Assembly: GCA_963714375.1 (NCBI GenBank)
Contig: CAVQOG010000006.1
Span: 287,603 to 351,602, forward strand
Direction of reading: 5' to 3'
Length of the DNA stretch: 64,000 nt
Origin: an uncultured Acidimicrobiia bacterium
Lineage (GTDB): Bacteria; Actinomycetota; Acidimicrobiia; Spongiisociales; UBA5794
The position numbers and the translations under genes are program-made. The notes under the pieces were generated by a model. That model saw only the letters and a list, made by a program, of their open reading frames with translations, made no database searches and was not told the origin of the DNA. Each line of letters starts with the position of its first letter. Position 1 is the stretch's first letter. Positions 18,718-28,970 of this stretch are shown in pieces.

Positions 18718-18733
18718 CCGAACACGTGTTCGA
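18718..18733. promoter_or_regulatory. LexA (SOS) box upstream of recA: CCGAAC-ACGT-GTTCGA
   Basis: Lies 81-96 nt upstream of the recA ATG. Confidence 0.7.
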
Positions 18734-18762
18734 TACCAAGGCATTCGCCTTGAGCTCACAGC

Positions 18763-19320
18763 TCACAGCTCGTACACATGGAGAGGCACGTAGGTGATGC
18801 CGTTCGGCGTCTCGGTGGTTTGGAACATCGTGACGGCTGTGACCTCGATCTTGACGGGGGCGAGTTCAAGACGGCCAACAAGGGATCGAACGTCGCGCGG
18901 TGGGCGGATGCGCGACAGCGTCAGATGGGGGACGAACGGTCGCCCCTCTGGTTCGAACCCGACATCCGTGGCTGCTTCATCGCAAATCCCAGCGAGCGCG
19001 GACAGGAGTCCTGACCGATCGGCGATCGACGCAAAGAGAACCGTTGCCTTCGCCAGCCTCGGAAACGCATCGAGACCCTCCGCCGTCACCGTGCCGCGGC
19101 CGGGAGCGGAGAGCCTGAGAAGGGAGTCCGTCCGCCCCGCGAGCCGGTCCGTTTGGACCTCGGTTGCCTCGCCGACGAATCGAAGCGTGATATGCCAGTT
19201 GGCTGGTCTCGTACGTCGACCCGGGATGCGAACCGCGGCCCCGCTTTCAGAGAGGGTTGCCGCAAGGGCATGCCGTGTGTCGTCGGCGAAGTCAACCGCA
19301 AGAAAGACGTTTCCAGGCAC
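18763..19320 (-). CDS. thpR: RNA 2',3'-cyclic phosphodiesterase (2H phosphoesterase, ThpR/LigT)
   Basis: Two H-x-T-x motifs (HITLRF, HLTLSR) with the expected spacing. Confidence 0.75.
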   Translation of the reverse strand: MPGNVFLAVDFADDTRHALAATLSESGAAVRIPGRRTRPANWHITLRFVGEATEVQTDRLAGRTDSLLRLSAPGRGTVTAEGLDAFPRLAKATVLFASIADRSGLLSALAGICDEAATDVGFEPEGRPFVPHLTLSRIRPPRDVRSLVGRLELAPVKIEVTAVTMFQTTETPNGITYVPLHVYEL

Positions 19321-19322
19321 GA

Positions 19323-20561
19323 TTACTCGGCTTCAAGGGCAGAGCGCACCATGTGGAGAGCTGCAGTCGCCGTGTATGCCCTGATGCGCTCGCGGTCCCC
19401 TGGCATGGTGAAGGTTCGCACGTATTCCGTCGTCGGTGTCGCAACCGCGACAATCATTGTTCCAACGGGCTGCTCCATCGGTTCGGGCCCAGCCGAACCG
19501 GTGACGGCAACCGCAATGTCGGTTCCGAGGACACCTCTGGCGCCCTTCGCCATAGCAACAGCGGTTTCCTGCGAGACAACGCCATATTCCTCTATGACAC
19601 TCGATGAAACACCGAGAATCCCTGTCTTCAAGTCGGTCGCATACGCAACGATCGAACCGCGGAACGTGGCGCTCGAACCACCGATCATGGTGAGACGTCG
19701 TGCAATGAGACCGCCTGTCGCCGATTCTGCCGATCCGATCGTCCATCCACGGTCCAAGAGCTGGTTGTGGATCACTCGCTCAACCGTTTCGTCATCCACC
19801 CCGAATATCCGATCGCCAAGACGTGCACGAACCTCCGCTTCGACGGGGGCGATCAGCGCCTCCGCCTCGACGGTCGAAGCGGCAGCTGCCGTCAACCTGA
19901 TCTTGATTTCACCCGCCGAAGCGAGAAAAGCCACCGTCGGGTTCACGGAACCGACGAAGAGATCATCAAGCACCTCGCCGACCTTCGCCTCGGACATCCC
20001 CCAGCTGCGGAGCATCCGACTCGTCACCACGCCAAGAGCGGTTCCCGATTCGGCAAGAAGGAAAGGCATAACCGTCTCGTCGAGCATTGTGCGCATCTCA
20101 GCAGGTACACCCGGAAGACAGATGACCCAGCAGTCCCCGATCTTGATGCGAAACCCCGGTGCCGACCCCTTTGGGTTGTCGATCACGACGGCACCCTGTG
20201 GGCGATACGCCTGCTTCATGTTCGATTCCGGGAATTGACTGTTGCGCGCCTCCCACTGGGCACGCATTTCGGCCGCGTACTCCTCGTCAAGCATGAGCGG
20301 CATTCCGGAGACCGCAGCCACGCTCTCGCGTGTGGCATCGTCCTGGGTCGGGCCGATTCCCCCTGTGATGATCAACGCGTCGGATCGCACGACGGCTGCT
20401 CCAATCGCCCCATCCATACGATCCCTGTTGTCTCCGACGACGGATTGCCTCATGTGGGTGAGTCCCGAGTCTGCTAGCCGAATCGCGATCTCGGAGGCAT
20501 TGGTGTTGACGACCTGGCCAAGGAGTAGTTCGGTCCCAACGGCAAGGGTCTCAACAATCAT
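19323..20561 (-). CDS. cinA: competence/damage-inducible protein CinA (MocF-like N-domain + nicotinamide-nucleotide amidase C-domain)
   Basis: MIVETLAVGTELLLGQVVNTN N-terminus and C-terminal CinA domain (ESATGGLIA). The start overlaps the rimO stop by 4 nt. Confidence 0.85.
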   Translation of the reverse strand: MIVETLAVGTELLLGQVVNTNASEIAIRLADSGLTHMRQSVVGDNRDRMDGAIGAAVVRSDALIITGGIGPTQDDATRESVAAVSGMPLMLDEEYAAEMRAQWEARNSQFPESNMKQAYRPQGAVVIDNPKGSAPGFRIKIGDCWVICLPGVPAEMRTMLDETVMPFLLAESGTALGVVTSRMLRSWGMSEAKVGEVLDDLFVGSVNPTVAFLASAGEIKIRLTAAAASTVEAEALIAPVEAEVRARLGDRIFGVDDETVERVIHNQLLDRGWTIGSAESATGGLIARRLTMIGGSSATFRGSIVAYATDLKTGILGVSSSVIEEYGVVSQETAVAMAKGARGVLGTDIAVAVTGSAGPEPMEQPVGTMIVAVATPTTEYVRTFTMPGDRERIRAYTATAALHMVRSALEAE

Positions 20562-21874
20562 GGCTCCACCACAGACGCCGAGAGATCCGTTCCGTACGCA
20601 CCGTCGATGCGTGCATGGACCCACTCGCCAGCACTTCCGTTGTCGAGGAGGATCATGCCATCAATCTCGGGAGCTTCCCGATAGGAACGACCGACAGCCT
20701 GACCATCTTCGACCTGATCGATGAGGACCGCAAGAGTTGAGCCAACGACAGCAGCGTTTGCTGCCGCAGTGATGTCATCTTGAATGTGCTGCGCCTCCCG
20801 TAAGCGCTCCATGATCAATTCGTGGGGTAGCTGATCGGGAAGGTCCGCGGCGGTCGTGCCTTCTTCCCTCGAATATGGGAAGAAGCCGGCCCAATCGAGT
20901 CTTGCTGCGGTGAGGAACTCACAAAGCTCTGCATGGTCCTCTTCCGTTTCACCGGGATATCCCACGATGAATGAGGAACGGGTCGCAGCGTCTGGAACAG
21001 CGTCACGAATGCGATCGATGAGTGCAAGATGCTTGTCACCACTCCCGGGTCGGCGCATCGACCGAAGCAGAGAGGGTGAGGCGTGCTGAAGACTGAGATC
21101 GAAGTAGTTGGCGATGGTCACGTGCCCGGCCATGACATCGATGAGTCCTTGACGGATCTCCCGGGGGAACAGGTAGTAGAGCCTCATTCTCTTCAGGCCG
21201 TCAACGTCCGCTGCATCTGCAACAAGTTCTTCGATCGAACCGGCATCGTTGTCCCGACCGTATGCCGCAAGGTCCTGCGCCACGAGGACGACCTCTTGGA
21301 CTCCCCCAGCAACGAGACCCTCGATTTCTGCGATGATGCCCGTGCTTGTACGTGATCGTTGTTTCCCCCGGATCAGGGGTATTGCGCAGAAGGCGCAGGT
21401 CTTGTTGCATCCCTCAGCAACTTTGACGTAGGCGAAGGGCGTTGTTGGTGTCGGACGATTCACGACCTCAAGGATGTCCATGTGCGATCGCTTCACGCCT
21501 GAGATCTCAATCGGCTGCCAGCCCGTCATTGCGTCGAGGCGATCCACGAGTTCGGGGTATCGGTCAAGGCCAATCACGGCGTCGGCCTCGGGGAGCGCCG
21601 CCACAAGCTCGGACTCATAGCGCTGAGCCATGCAGCCCATCACGACAAGCTTTGCATCGGAGCGCTTGGCTTCGGCAAGATCGAGGATCGTCTGGACCGA
21701 CTCGCGACGGGCGTCTTCGATGAAACCACAGGTGTTGACCATCACCACGTCGGCGAATTCCGGACTCTCTGCATCGACATAGCCAGAATCGCCGAGCACG
21801 GAAGAGATCTTGTCCGAGTCAACCTGGTTCTTTGAACAGCCGAGCGTGGTCAGCCAAATGGTGGGTGCAGACAT
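20558..21874 (-). CDS. rimO: ribosomal protein S12 methylthiotransferase RimO
   Basis: UPF0004 N-domain (WLTTLGCSKNQVDS), radical-SAM CNKTCAFC and a TRAM domain. Start placed at MSAPTIW. Confidence 0.85.
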   Translation of the reverse strand: MSAPTIWLTTLGCSKNQVDSDKISSVLGDSGYVDAESPEFADVVMVNTCGFIEDARRESVQTILDLAEAKRSDAKLVVMGCMAQRYESELVAALPEADAVIGLDRYPELVDRLDAMTGWQPIEISGVKRSHMDILEVVNRPTPTTPFAYVKVAEGCNKTCAFCAIPLIRGKQRSRTSTGIIAEIEGLVAGGVQEVVLVAQDLAAYGRDNDAGSIEELVADAADVDGLKRMRLYYLFPREIRQGLIDVMAGHVTIANYFDLSLQHASPSLLRSMRRPGSGDKHLALIDRIRDAVPDAATRSSFIVGYPGETEEDHAELCEFLTAARLDWAGFFPYSREEGTTAADLPDQLPHELIMERLREAQHIQDDITAAANAAVVGSTLAVLIDQVEDGQAVGRSYREAPEIDGMILLDNGSAGEWVHARIDGAYGTDLSASVVEP

Positions 21875-21896
21875 TGAAGCGAGTGTATCGCCACAT

Positions 21897-22784
21897 CTAG
21901 AGCGGAATGTACCGTCGCTCACGTTGCGAGAACGTCACCCGCTCGCGGTATCCGACCGAACGTGCGAATTCGATCGCGGTATCGCGATCACGAGCGGTCT
22001 CCCCAGGACGATGTGCATCGGAGGACACCGTGATCGGGACGCCATGTGCGTGGAATCGAGTGAGGAGATCGGGATGTGGGTACATCTCGTTCGTTGGCTG
22101 GTAGAGCCCAGCCGTTGAGACTTCGATCGCAACCCCGGACCGGCCCGCAGCGGCAGCCAACCCCTCGTGGAGATCGTTTGGTGGTTCGGAGAGATGTCTC
22201 CCGAGCTTCTTCACTACGTCGCTGTGGGCAAGTACGTCGACAGTTCCCGAAGCGGCGAGTTCAGTCTCGATCGCAAAGTAGTCCTCGTATGACGCCTCCA
22301 CTCCCCGGCGATCGAACTCGTAGAGCTGGCTTGGCAGATCGAAACCCCACTCCCGAATCCAATGGGTGGATCCAACCAGAAAGTCGAACGGATACCGACC
22401 GAGAAGTGCAAGCACAGCCTCGATCGTCTCAGGAAAGAAATCGACCTCAAGCCCGAGCAGCACTGGCAGACCACGGTCCTTGGCATCGGTGACAACTGCC
22501 ACATACCGATCAAGCGAGAGCACTCTTTCAAGCGCTACATGTTCAGCTGTCAGCTTTGCAAGATCGGGTTGCTCAGCGTCCTCCCACCACCGACCAAGCA
22601 CCTCCGCGGATTCGTGGCAGCGATACAGGTGCTCCGTGAACCCGATTTCGTCAGCGCCATTGGCCAGCCCGTGCTCCACGAAACTGTCAAGAAATCCATC
22701 TGGGTAGACGCCAGGCTCTGGTCCGATGCCGTCGTAGGCACCGTGGGGATGAAGATGTACATGATGGTCGCCCATGACTGTCAA
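21897..22784 (-). CDS. PHP-domain phosphoesterase (histidinol-phosphatase HisJ-like family)
   Basis: HHVHLHPHG metal-binding motif and further His/Asp/Glu ligands distributed as in PHP hydrolases. Confidence 0.65.
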   Translation of the reverse strand: MTVMGDHHVHLHPHGAYDGIGPEPGVYPDGFLDSFVEHGLANGADEIGFTEHLYRCHESAEVLGRWWEDAEQPDLAKLTAEHVALERVLSLDRYVAVVTDAKDRGLPVLLGLEVDFFPETIEAVLALLGRYPFDFLVGSTHWIREWGFDLPSQLYEFDRRGVEASYEDYFAIETELAASGTVDVLAHSDVVKKLGRHLSEPPNDLHEGLAAAAGRSGVAIEVSTAGLYQPTNEMYPHPDLLTRFHAHGVPITVSSDAHRPGETARDRDTAIEFARSVGYRERVTFSQRERRYIPL

Positions 22785-22806
22785 GAATAGGGTCGGTCAT
22801 CCCTCG

Positions 22807-23217
22807 TCAATCTGCGGGAGGAATCTCGACATCTCGGTCGGTGAGGATTCCCTTGATCAGACCGATCCGCGCCTTGATCTTGGGCATACCCATCGCATCA
22901 TCGATTCCCTTGTTGATCTGAACACCGCCAAGGTTCCCCATTTCGGCGGCACCCGGACCACCCGTACCTGCCTGTCTGACAAGGTCGATGCGCTGGCTCT
23001 CGATGTGTCGCATCTGGGACCGTAGACCGCCAAGTTCGGCCAGAAGGTCCTCCGTTGAACGCTGCTTATCAAGGTCCTGGGCGCGCGAACGGGCTTGGAT
23101 ACGAAGTGCATCCTGACGCTTCTTGAGTTCAAATCGCTCGGCGAAGGCATCGTCTGGAAGATCGAGGAGCTGTCGCTGGACTTGAGCGAGCTGTGCGGTG
23201 AGGTCTCCTATGTCGTC
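22807..23217 (-). CDS. hypothetical protein (coiled-coil, conserved actinobacterial)
   Basis: ORF with codon-usage consistent coding. Start placed at MDDIGDL downstream of the E2 gene stop. Confidence 0.45.
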   Translation of the reverse strand, partial: DDIGDLTAQLAQVQRQLLDLPDDAFAERFELKKRQDALRIQARSRAQDLDKQRSTEDLLAELGGLRSQMRHIESQRIDLVRQAGTGGPGAAEMGNLGGVQINKGIDDAMGMPKIKARIGLIKGILTDRDVEIPPAD

Positions 23218-23242
23218 CATCACCAAACAGTACTCCGTTGGG

Positions 23243-24394
23243 TCAGCGGCCCAACACCGTGATGAGATCGGCCATGAATGATCGTCCGGCACCTCCGTCG
23301 ATGACGCGGTGGTCGTATGAGAGTGACAGCGGGAATTCGGTCGCGATCACGATCTCATTGTCGCGAACAACCGCTTCGGGCTCGGCACGTCCGATCGAAA
23401 GAATGGCAGTGGTTCCGTACGGAACGATCGGTGTCCCGAAACGACCGCCAACAGCACCGATATTGGAAATGGTGAAGGTCTGCCCGGTCAGCTGCTGCCG
23501 ATGAAGTGTGCGATCCTTTGCGCCTTTTGCGAGGTCGCGGATCTCGCCTCCGAGCGCTTCAATCGACTTCTCATCAGCGTCAGCGATGACGGCGACCATG
23601 AGCCCGTCGGGTGTGTCAACGGCGAACCCAATGTCGTAGCGGTCGTGTTCGATGACGGCGTCGGGGGCGAACGTTGCGTTGAACGCTCGGAATCTCTTGA
23701 GGAGTGGCACGATCTTTGCGATCAGCAGGGCCTCAAGGGGAACCTTCCCCGCATCAGCGCGGGCGGCGAGCAGCGCTGATGCGTCAACAGTTCCATAGGT
23801 CGTGACGTGGGGAATCTCATTCCACGAACGTGTGAGATTGCGGATGATGGCTTTGCGGGTCGCGCTGAACGGAACACGCGTATGGGGCCCAAGGGACTGC
23901 GACGCCGCCTCACGAACATCGTCCTCGGTGATACGACCTCCCGGACCCGTGCCGGGAAGGGTCTCCACATCGACACCGAGTTCTGAGGCGAGCCTCCGCA
24001 CCAGTGGCAGAGTCTGAACACCCGACGCAACGTCCTGTATCAAATCTGATTCGAGTGTGCCGACGATCGGCGCGACCTCGTCGGTTGATTCCCCGCGATC
24101 GGTTGATTCCCCGTAGGTGATCTCGGGAGGAGCCACGGACGCTGCCCACAGCTCTCCTTCCTCGCCGATCACAGCAAGAAGATGTTCCACGGCAAGCACC
24201 TCATCTGGTGCCGCGCCGTGATGGAGGACGACACCGCCGATCGGTGCAGGGATCTCGACGACCGCCTTGTCGGTTTCGACCTCGACGAGGGGTGCATCTG
24301 CCTCGACTCGGTCGCCGACTTCGACAAACCAGTGCAGGATGGTGGCCTCAGCAAGCCCTTCTCCGATGTCGGGTAGGTAGAACGCGGTCGCCAT
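23243..24394 (-). CDS. dihydrolipoamide acyltransferase E2 component of a 2-oxoacid dehydrogenase complex
   Basis: N-terminal lipoyl domain (VETDKAVVEIPAP), E3-binding domain and catalytic domain with DHRVIDG. Confidence 0.88.
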   Translation of the reverse strand: MATAFYLPDIGEGLAEATILHWFVEVGDRVEADAPLVEVETDKAVVEIPAPIGGVVLHHGAAPDEVLAVEHLLAVIGEEGELWAASVAPPEITYGESTDRGESTDEVAPIVGTLESDLIQDVASGVQTLPLVRRLASELGVDVETLPGTGPGGRITEDDVREAASQSLGPHTRVPFSATRKAIIRNLTRSWNEIPHVTTYGTVDASALLAARADAGKVPLEALLIAKIVPLLKRFRAFNATFAPDAVIEHDRYDIGFAVDTPDGLMVAVIADADEKSIEALGGEIRDLAKGAKDRTLHRQQLTGQTFTISNIGAVGGRFGTPIVPYGTTAILSIGRAEPEAVVRDNEIVIATEFPLSLSYDHRVIDGGAGRSFMADLITVLGR

Positions 24395-25368
24395 CAGGCC
24401 TCCATGGTCCTCATCGTGGCGTTGACGATCCGATCGACACCAGGTGTGTAGTGCCTCTCTGCCCGCCGCAGCGGAACGATGATGTCCCAGCCAGTGACGC
24501 GTTCAATCGGTGCTCTCAGCGAATACAGCGCCTTTTCGGCGATGACCGCCGCTATCTCTGCGCCGAAGCCTGCGGTGCGAGGAGCTTCGTGGACAACCAC
24601 CGCCCTTCCGGTGTGTTCAACCGATGCGAGAATCGTTTCTACATCGAGCGGGACGAGCGTTCGGAGATCGATGACCTCAGCGTCGACACCGTTGGCCGCC
24701 AGAAGTTCGGCGGCCTGGCGGGTCTCCTTCATCATTGCCCCGTAGGCAATGAGGGTGACATCTGACCCGACACGCTCGATTGACGCAACACCGATCGGGA
24801 TTTCGTACTGCCCGTCAGGGACATCTTCCTTCAACGCCCGATACGCCCGGATCGGCTCAAGAAAGATGACCGGATCGGGATCGGCGATTGCTGCGGTGAG
24901 GAGGCCCTTGGCATCGATCGGCCGTGACGGCACAACGACTTTGAGTCCCGGAACGTGTGCGTAGATTGCTTCGAGGGACTCGGAGTGATGCTCAGCAGCA
25001 CCGATGCCTCCGCCATAGGGGATACGGATCACAAGCGGTGCCGTGAAACGGTGGCGGGAACGATTTCTGATACGCGAGACGTGGTTGACGACTTGGTCGT
25101 ATGCGGGATAGGAGAACCCCATGAATTGCATCTCGGCGATCGGCTTCATGCCGGCGACAGCAAGGCCGAAGGCTGCACCGACGATGCCAGATTCAGAGAC
25201 GGGTGTATCGACGACACGATCGGATCCAAACCGTTGCTGAAGTCCGTCGGTGACTCGGAAGACTCCACCGGTGGTCCCGACATCCTCACCGAGGAGCATC
25301 ACGGAATCATCGGCCAACGCCTCGGCGAGCGCTGCGTTGAGGGCTTGAGCGATCGTTCGTTCGGCCAT
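24394..25368 (-). CDS. 2-oxoacid dehydrogenase E1 component beta subunit
   Basis: Transketolase-like pyrimidine-binding and C-terminal domains. Start overlaps the E1-alpha stop. Confidence 0.9.
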   Translation of the reverse strand: MAERTIAQALNAALAEALADDSVMLLGEDVGTTGGVFRVTDGLQQRFGSDRVVDTPVSESGIVGAAFGLAVAGMKPIAEMQFMGFSYPAYDQVVNHVSRIRNRSRHRFTAPLVIRIPYGGGIGAAEHHSESLEAIYAHVPGLKVVVPSRPIDAKGLLTAAIADPDPVIFLEPIRAYRALKEDVPDGQYEIPIGVASIERVGSDVTLIAYGAMMKETRQAAELLAANGVDAEVIDLRTLVPLDVETILASVEHTGRAVVVHEAPRTAGFGAEIAAVIAEKALYSLRAPIERVTGWDIIVPLRRAERHYTPGVDRIVNATMRTMEA

Positions 25369-26405
25369 CAGCCGTCCCTCTCAAACATGGCCTGCTGGTC
25401 GATCAGCGGCTGGGTCGGTTGCGCGAACATCGCGGAGAAGATCTCTGCCCCGCTCAACGGTTCCAATGCTTCAGCTTCGGCGACCGCGTCCTCGACCTTG
25501 GTCGAAGCGTTGTTGGTGACCTCGTTTTCCCAGGTCTCATCCCATGCGTCGTTTACCTGGAGATGGAGTCGGACGCGACGGATTGGATCTCTGTCGCGCC
25601 ACGTGTTCGTCAGATCCTCGGTGCGGTATCGGCCCGGATCGTCGGCCGTTGTGTGCGGTCCGACGCGGTATGTCATCGCCTCGATGAACGTCGGGCCCTC
25701 CCCCGCTCGAGCAGCGTCGACAGCCTGCGTCGTCGCGCTCACTACGGCGAGGAGATCGTTGCCGTCGATCCTGATGCCCGTCATGCCATATCCAACGGCC
25801 TTGTCCACGAGTGATGCCGCGGCTGTTTGTCTCTCGAACGGCAGCGAGATCGCCCACCCATTGTTCTGGCAGAAGAAGACTGTCGGCGTTGCAAAGACGC
25901 CAGCAAAATTCATGGCTTCGTGGAAGTCACCCTCCGATGTGGCGCCATCGCCGAACATGGTGAGGGAGACGCGACCGCTCGATTGCAGTTTGTCTGCCCA
26001 CGCGGTCCCGACGGCGTGGATCATGTGTCCACCGACGGTGATCGACGGGGGTAGCACGTTGATCCCTTCGGGTGTTTTGCCGCCTCGCTCGTCTCCGATC
26101 CGGCCAAGGAGGAGGTTGACCATCGGATATCCGGCAAACCACATCGCCGCAGCATCGCGGTACGTCGCAACAACCCAGTCATCGGTATTGAGCGGCGCAA
26201 CCGCACCGATCTGACACGCCTCCTGCCCCTCAAACGGCGCGTAGGTCGCAAGCCTTCCCTGCTTCTGCATGGCTGTGCACTTGCGGTCATAGACCCGTCC
26301 GACCACCATTGCCTCGTACAGCTCGCGCGTTCGTTCGATGGTGATCGGAGGCTCGCCAACAAGCTTGCCTCCCTCGGACAGTATCTGAAGTGTCTGGTGC
26401 GGCAT
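25368..26405 (-). CDS. 2-oxoacid dehydrogenase E1 component alpha subunit (TPP-dependent)
   Basis: TPP-binding GDGATSEGDFHEAMNFA motif. Confidence 0.9.
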   Translation of the reverse strand: MPHQTLQILSEGGKLVGEPPITIERTRELYEAMVVGRVYDRKCTAMQKQGRLATYAPFEGQEACQIGAVAPLNTDDWVVATYRDAAAMWFAGYPMVNLLLGRIGDERGGKTPEGINVLPPSITVGGHMIHAVGTAWADKLQSSGRVSLTMFGDGATSEGDFHEAMNFAGVFATPTVFFCQNNGWAISLPFERQTAAASLVDKAVGYGMTGIRIDGNDLLAVVSATTQAVDAARAGEGPTFIEAMTYRVGPHTTADDPGRYRTEDLTNTWRDRDPIRRVRLHLQVNDAWDETWENEVTNNASTKVEDAVAEAEALEPLSGAEIFSAMFAQPTQPLIDQQAMFERDG

Positions 26406-26531
26406 CAGCGGCAGGCTACCTCGCTCCGATCAGCGAAAGATCGAGCGGGCTCAGTGAAGCGCTGTGTCGATCGCCACATGACGGTCGGGTTCGGCGTATC
26501 GTGTGCTCGAACCGGCGCCAGGAGCTTTTTC

Positions 26532-28151
26532 ATGCATATGCAAGACGACTTTCCCCTGCTGTTGAGCACGCTGTACGACAACGCCGTGTGGCAGTATGGG
26601 CAGCAGGAAATCGTGTCGGTCGAGGCTGATCTCTCGATTCATCGAACAACCTATGCCGAGACAGACGTTCGGATACGAAAGCTTGCAACCGCCATAGCAA
26701 CAATGCTCGGTGTGGGGGAAGGCGAGCCGATCGGTACGTTCGCATGGAACAACCATCGGCACCACGAGCTGTACTGGGCGACAAGCAACACCGGTCGCGT
26801 GTGCCACACGCTCAACATCCGGCTGTTTGCGGACCAATTGACATACATCGTGAACCATGCCGGAGACAAGGCCATCTTCATCGATCCTGACCTCGCACCG
26901 GCCATCGCACCCCTGGTCGACACCTTCGAAACCGTTGAGCATTTCATCATCATGGGTCCCTCAACGGATGGCTGTGGGATTGACGGAGCGATCGCGTACG
27001 AGGATTTGATCGCCGATGTCGAGCCCCAGTCCGACTGGCCGATGCTCGACGAACGCAGCCCCATGATGTTCTGCTACACGTCGGGGACGACAGGTAACCC
27101 GAAGGGTGTGGCGTACACGCAGCGTTCCACGTATCTGCACACAATCTCGAATCTGGCCATGAACCCAATCGGCACAGAGGACAATGTGCTCCCCGTCGTC
27201 CCGATGTTTCACGCTGCGGCGTGGGGCTACCCCTTCATGGCTGTGACCGTTGGAGCAAAGCTCACATACCCCGGCCCTGACATGACAGGATCGGGGATCG
27301 TCGGGCTGATCACCGATGAGCATGTCACGTTCTCTGCTGGGGTTCCAACGGTATGGCTCGGCATCCAACACCACCTTGAAGCCAACCCCGATATCGATCT
27401 CAGCCATGTTCGGGCGCTCTTCTGCGGGGGTGCCGCTGTTCCACGATCAATGATCGACTGGTTCAAGACACATCGTGGGGTACGGGTCATCCAGGGTTGG
27501 GGGATGACCGAGACAAACCCTGTTGCGTCGGCTGCAACGCTCAAGCCGTGGATGCAGGACTGGGACTGGGAAAAGCAACTCAATGTCCTCGAGACTGCGG
27601 GAAGGCCGGTGCCGGGGCTCATCGTCAAGATCGTCGACGACATGAACGAACCTCTCCCCCACGACGGTGAGGCGTTCGGCGAGCTTCTCATCCGCGGACC
27701 ATGGATCGCAGCCGAGTACTACAAGGACGACCGCTCGCCAGCATCGTTCGTTGATGGTTGGCTCCGTACCGGAGATGTGTGCAAGATCACACCCGACGGC
27801 TACATCCGAATCACCGATCGGGCGAAAGATGTCATCAAGTCGGGTGGTGAGTGGATTTCATCCCTCGATATCGAGAACACCATCATGGGCCATCCCGACG
27901 TTGCTGAGGCCACCGTGGTTGGCCTGAAGCATGCCAAATGGCAGGAGCGACCTGTTGCGTTCATCGTCGCGAAACCTGGCACGAACCTCACATCCGACAC
28001 CATCAAGGAGTTTCTCGAGCCCAAGATCGCCTCATGGTGGATGCCGGATCAGATCCTGTTCATCGATGCGATACCCAAGACGGGTACGGGCAAGTTCGAC
28101 AAGAAGGTCGTGCGAGCCGAATACGAAGATCTTCTGGTCGATGCCGACTAG
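26532..28151 (+). CDS. long-chain fatty-acid--CoA ligase / AMP-dependent synthetase
   Basis: AMP-binding signature YTSGTTGNPKGV, plus WGMTE and the C-terminal GKFDKK lysine motif. Start placed at MHMQDD (26532). Confidence 0.85.
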   Translation: MHMQDDFPLLLSTLYDNAVWQYGQQEIVSVEADLSIHRTTYAETDVRIRKLATAIATMLGVGEGEPIGTFAWNNHRHHELYWATSNTGRVCHTLNIRLFADQLTYIVNHAGDKAIFIDPDLAPAIAPLVDTFETVEHFIIMGPSTDGCGIDGAIAYEDLIADVEPQSDWPMLDERSPMMFCYTSGTTGNPKGVAYTQRSTYLHTISNLAMNPIGTEDNVLPVVPMFHAAAWGYPFMAVTVGAKLTYPGPDMTGSGIVGLITDEHVTFSAGVPTVWLGIQHHLEANPDIDLSHVRALFCGGAAVPRSMIDWFKTHRGVRVIQGWGMTETNPVASAATLKPWMQDWDWEKQLNVLETAGRPVPGLIVKIVDDMNEPLPHDGEAFGELLIRGPWIAAEYYKDDRSPASFVDGWLRTGDVCKITPDGYIRITDRAKDVIKSGGEWISSLDIENTIMGHPDVAEATVVGLKHAKWQERPVAFIVAKPGTNLTSDTIKEFLEPKIASWWMPDQILFIDAIPKTGTGKFDKKVVRAEYEDLLVDAD

Positions 28152-28956
28152 CGAAGGATTGTTTCGGAAGGCCACTTCAGTCAGAGCCGATGGCGACGGA
28201 CGCTGGCAAACCCAGCTGGCTGACGGTTGGGACATCTTGGGCAACACCAACGGTGGGTACATGCTCGCGATCGCTTCACGGGCATCGAGCGAAGCTACTG
28301 GTGGCCGGCTACCGGTGACGATCACCGGCCACTACACGAGACGTGGACACGGTGGGCCTGCGGAAGTCGAAACGGAAGTTGTGCGATCGGGCAGGCAATT
28401 GTCGGTCGTGCGCAGCCGGCTTCTTCAGAACGGTCAGGTGATCCTCGAAGTCCTCGGAACCTTCACGGAACCGAGGGGCGATGCCCAGTCAGTCCTGCTC
28501 ACCGACGCGACGCCGGTCGACCTTCCTCCTCCCGATGCGTGTGTACGTTCGATTCCTGCCGATGCCGCACCGTTTCCACCACCGTCTGTCGGCAAGATCG
28601 ATCTGAGGACCAGCCCGCGTGTCGCTGGGATGTTTGAAACCGGTCCCTACGGTGAAGCGGCTCTTGAAGGCTGGTTCCGGCTCCTTGACGGTGAACCGCT
28701 CGATGCCCACGCATTGATACTCGCGAGTGATTCGTTTCCACCGACAGCTTTCACAGCCGGCCTCCCAATCGGGTGGACACCGACGATCGAACTCACGGTG
28801 CATATCCGAGATCCCCACGTCCAAGGATGGATCAGGTGCGAATTCCGGAGCCGGTTCGTTTCCGGAGGCTACATCGAGGAGGATGGCTTGTTCTGGGACG
28901 AATCCGGCAGTCTCGTTGCGCAATCGCGACAACTCGCAATGGTCTCAACGGACTAG
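28143..28956 (+). CDS. acyl-CoA thioesterase II-like (double hot-dog, TesB family)
   Basis: N-terminal EGLFRK...GNTNGGY resembles TesB. The ATG at 28143 overlaps the ligase stop. The longer ORF-track version (27931) would overlap the ligase in another frame. Confidence 0.65.
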
Positions 28957-28970
28957 GAGCTTTTCAGCTC

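Noticed and set aside
27931-28142. ORF-track 5' extension of the thioesterase gene (start 27931)
   Set aside because: It overlaps the 3' 220 nt of the fatty-acid-CoA ligase in another frame with an Arg/Ser-rich translation. The ATG at 28143 overlapping the ligase stop is the plausible start.
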